NCBI GenBank assembly: GCA_964234715.1
Contig: OZ174284.1
Source of the DNA: Podarcis melisellensis
Taxonomy: Eukaryota
DNA length: 64,000 nt
Reading direction: 5' to 3' (one strand)
Shown here piece after piece: positions 61,301 through 64,000 of the stretch. Every line of letters starts with the position of its first letter. The stretch's first letter is position 1. The notes under the pieces were generated by a model. The model was given only the letters and a program-made list of their open reading frames with translations. It was not told the origin of the DNA and did not search any database. A program made the translations under genes and the position numbers.

Positions 61301-63461
61301 ATCCATGCACTAAAATGTGTTTCGGAGTACACACATCAGAGTACAAGTGAGACCCATTGTTGCTGGGTATTATGTCACTTTTTTGGGGGATATGCAGAAA
61401 CATGAATGATTCCCATATCTGCCAGAAGAAAGTAACCTCTGAATTGCCTCTTGCCAATGTTAAGGTAAACATATGAAGCCAAACTGATGACTTTGACAGG
61501 TTAGGCCTTCAATGTTTTTTAAACTGAAGAAGGGAATAGAAAAAATGAACAACAACAAAAACAACAACAGTATGGTAAATACAGAACCTCCATTATTCTC
61601 TGTGAACGTCTACACACACTTCACTTCACTTCACTTCACTTCACTGTACTCATAGCATTCAGTATTATATGCCACCCCCTTACCCAGGGCCTGTATTTCC
61701 TGTGTTTCGAGCTCATTATCTCTAAATCAGAACAAATGGCAATTCACTGAAAACCTGAATTGCTGTTTGCTCCAAATGAGTGCTAAAGAGTGGGTTTCCT
61801 TGGGGGAAAGCAGTAGGACAAGAGGAATGTGGATAAGCCCTAACTGCCTGAGGGTTTCTTTTTCACATTGCTATACCTTGTGAAGATATCCTGAATTGTT
61901 AATGTTAGCGGTTTGTAACATCCATATGAAGGTTCCCTTCTTGGGTGTCATCCAGGTCCTCATGGCCTCCCTAACAGACCTGCAGCTATCCCATGTGTGA
62001 GGTCCTGTTCCATTGCTACTTAAACTTGGGTTGAAAAGTAAGAGGTGCAAGTTCTCACAGGAGCATAGAAAACTTCCTTATAGCAGGTCAGACTACTTTC
62101 CCAGCAATGTCAGTATTATCCAATCTGATTAGCAGCAGCTCCTCAGGATCTCTGGGGAAGATTTCCGCTATCACCCACTACCTGATTTTAAACTGGAGTT
62201 GCTGGGGCCTGAACTTGGGACCTTGTAGATGCAAAACACATTCTCTGCTGCTGAGCTATGGCCCTTTATTACTTATTGTGGAACACATACCACAACAAGA
62301 TCTGTCAAGCCTGCTCTATGTTCCGTTTTAGAAAGTTGGTGAAGACTTTATTCTAGCAAGCTTATGGGGGCGGTGGTTAAAATGTTTAAACTGTAAATGT
62401 TTAAGTGAAGTATTAGCTATTTTTTAATCTGCACATTTTAATATTTTAAGGTTCTTTTTAAATTTTTATTGTTTTATTTCATTTCAATACCTCTCTCTCT
62501 CTCTCTCTCTCTCTCACTCTATATATAGATATTAAAAATCTCAAAAGCAGTTTACAGCCTACATAAAAACATCAAATAAAACATTCCAGGATCAAACACT
62601 CCAAAAGAAGCTCAAATAGAAAATGTACATTCAAAGCAACATAATTAACAGGAAACTAAAATATTATCTTAAATATTTCAAAATAAGACCTTACTAAAGG
62701 AGGTCAAATATAGAATACACATTCAAAACAGAATAATTAGCAAGAGAATAAAATCTTGTTTTAAATATAGAACCTACCTGCTGCTGTCAGTGGTGGTTCA
62801 TGGCGGCCGATGGCTGTAGGAATGCAGTCTCGATGGCCCGGGTTGACTCTACACTAAGTGACTTGGGTGCCGGCAGAACAAGCAAGGGGGTCTTCAAGTC
62901 TCCATGTGCAACACTAAGTGCACACTTTGCAGCACACTTGGTACATCACCAAGGTGCTGCCTAGGCAGCTTTTCACTCTATATACCTGGTGGAAAAGCAG
63001 ACGATTGCAGAGTCTCAGTCTGATGGCTATCACCTGGAACAGAGTGCAGCCACACCACCTTCCTAACAAGCCCAAGCCCAGTTTTAACTGCTATCTTGTT
63101 TTTATGGGATGGATCCCTCTGCCAATTGAAAGGGCTCTTTATATTTATGGACAGGGTTCTGCTTCACTAACTGGATGTTCCTACAGATGAAAGGGAACAC
63201 TGAAACATGCTGCACTGCTCTTTTGAAGCTGTAACGGTTGTAACAAATAAATATTTACTTTCTATTAGGGCTGCATCCATGGCATGTCCTCCAGTGCATC
63301 TATTCCAGAAACTGATTGTACCATTATATATGGGGTCCTCTATTCCAGAACATAATGTTTTTTACCCCTCCCCTGCCAATTTACAGGTGTCTCAACAGAT
63401 AACGCAAGAAATCACAGATGTGTATGAGAACAATACAGCAGATTTGTATGAGAACATCTAA
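49355..63461 (+). CDS. NFAM1: NFAT activating protein with ITAM motif 1, 252 aa
   Basis: Exons: 49355-49409 (gccATGG, signal peptide MASSLYTVITLLWTLQDG), 53194-53535 (Ig domain ..ALCK..SGTYYCK..GNGTFILFR), 53867-53979 (GYTEPP plus TM; GC donor), 55784-55870, 59294-59380 (ITAM YVEL-x7-YFAI spans the junction), 63387-63461 (..LYENI*). 759 nt, phases consistent, synteny as at human 22q13.2. Confidence 0.92.
51630..52142 (+). mobile_element. CR1 LINE 3' fragment
   Basis: HLEYCVQF..KLEHVQRRATKMIKGLE..GMFSLEKRRLR with an ATTCTATG tail. Confidence 0.9.
52284..52440 (-). mobile_element. CR1 LINE 3' fragment, inverted relative to its neighbour
   Basis: Starts CATAGAATC; 52372-52430 is the near-exact reverse complement of 52002-52060. 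Confidence 0.8.
52668..53071. mobile_element. Tigger-like MITE in NFAM1 intron 1
   Basis: CAGTGGTGCCCCGCAAGACG...CGTCTTGCGAGGTACCACTG with TA flanks; same family as 4584-4859. Confidence 0.88.
56384..56470 (-). mobile_element. CR1 3' end fragment
   Basis: CAGAATCATAGAATTGTAGAGTTGG..CCAGCCCCTTGCAATGCAG; a similar fragment is at ~22029-22100. Confidence 0.65.
61616..61645. repeat. (CACTT)n microsatellite
   Basis: About five tandem CACTT units. Confidence 0.85.
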
Positions 63462-64000
63462 GGAGAGAGAGCTACACTGCACAGCCCTGCCTTTCTCCAG
63501 AGCTCAAAATAAGGTTCTGAATTCTCAACATGGAACAAGCGGTACATGCAAAATGTTCTACTGATATAGATACAGGTAATACTGATACACATCAACACAT
63601 GGAGCAGCCCAGTATTGTTCCTAGAAAATCCAGCTTTTTGAGACACATGCTTTATACTGAAGAGAATGGGCTAAGAAAGTGGGAATGGGAAAGAAAGAGA
63701 GATTTGGGAGAAGAAAATGGGAATCTCCTGAGTTTGGTATGATTTTTTTAAAAAATATTTAAGATTTTCAATTATATACATTTCACTACTTTTACAATCA
63801 TTCTAACTCTACTTCCTCCTCTTTCTGCGGTTCCTTGAATTTATTTTTTTTACATTTCCTACATATTCTAAATTACCGGTAACTTTAACTTGTTCATTTA
63901 TTCATCTACTTTAAATATATACTCTTATAAAATTGCATGTTATTACAATAATCCTGCCAATGTTCTTATCTGTTTGCAGTTTGCTTGTAGATATTCAATA

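Overview
Vertebrate genomic DNA, very likely from a lacertid lizard (it carries Podarcis-type Sauria SINEs). The window is orthologous to human 22q13.2. I rebuilt the exon structures by hand from splice sites and phase continuity: the last three coding exons of POLDIP3 (+), complete RRP7A (+, 7 exons, 279 aa), complete SERHL/SERHL2 (-, 11 coding exons, 305 aa) and complete NFAM1 (+, 6 coding exons, 252 aa, ITAM receptor). Between SERHL2 and NFAM1 is an intronless 186-aa SOCS1-like ORF that I know of no counterpart for at the human locus. It has a KIR-like HYRAF, an SH2 domain and a BC box, and its SOCS box is truncated in the Cullin5 box. It comes with SOCS1-style regulatory features: an upstream CpG island with a GAS site, an overlapping uORF and an 11-nt miR-155 match downstream of the stop. 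The rest is introns and intergenic DNA rich in MITEs, SINEs, CR1/L2 fragments and a solo LTR, plus a 200-N gap next to a ~167-bp-arm palindrome. Gene identities come from my recollection of the human proteins, not from database searches.
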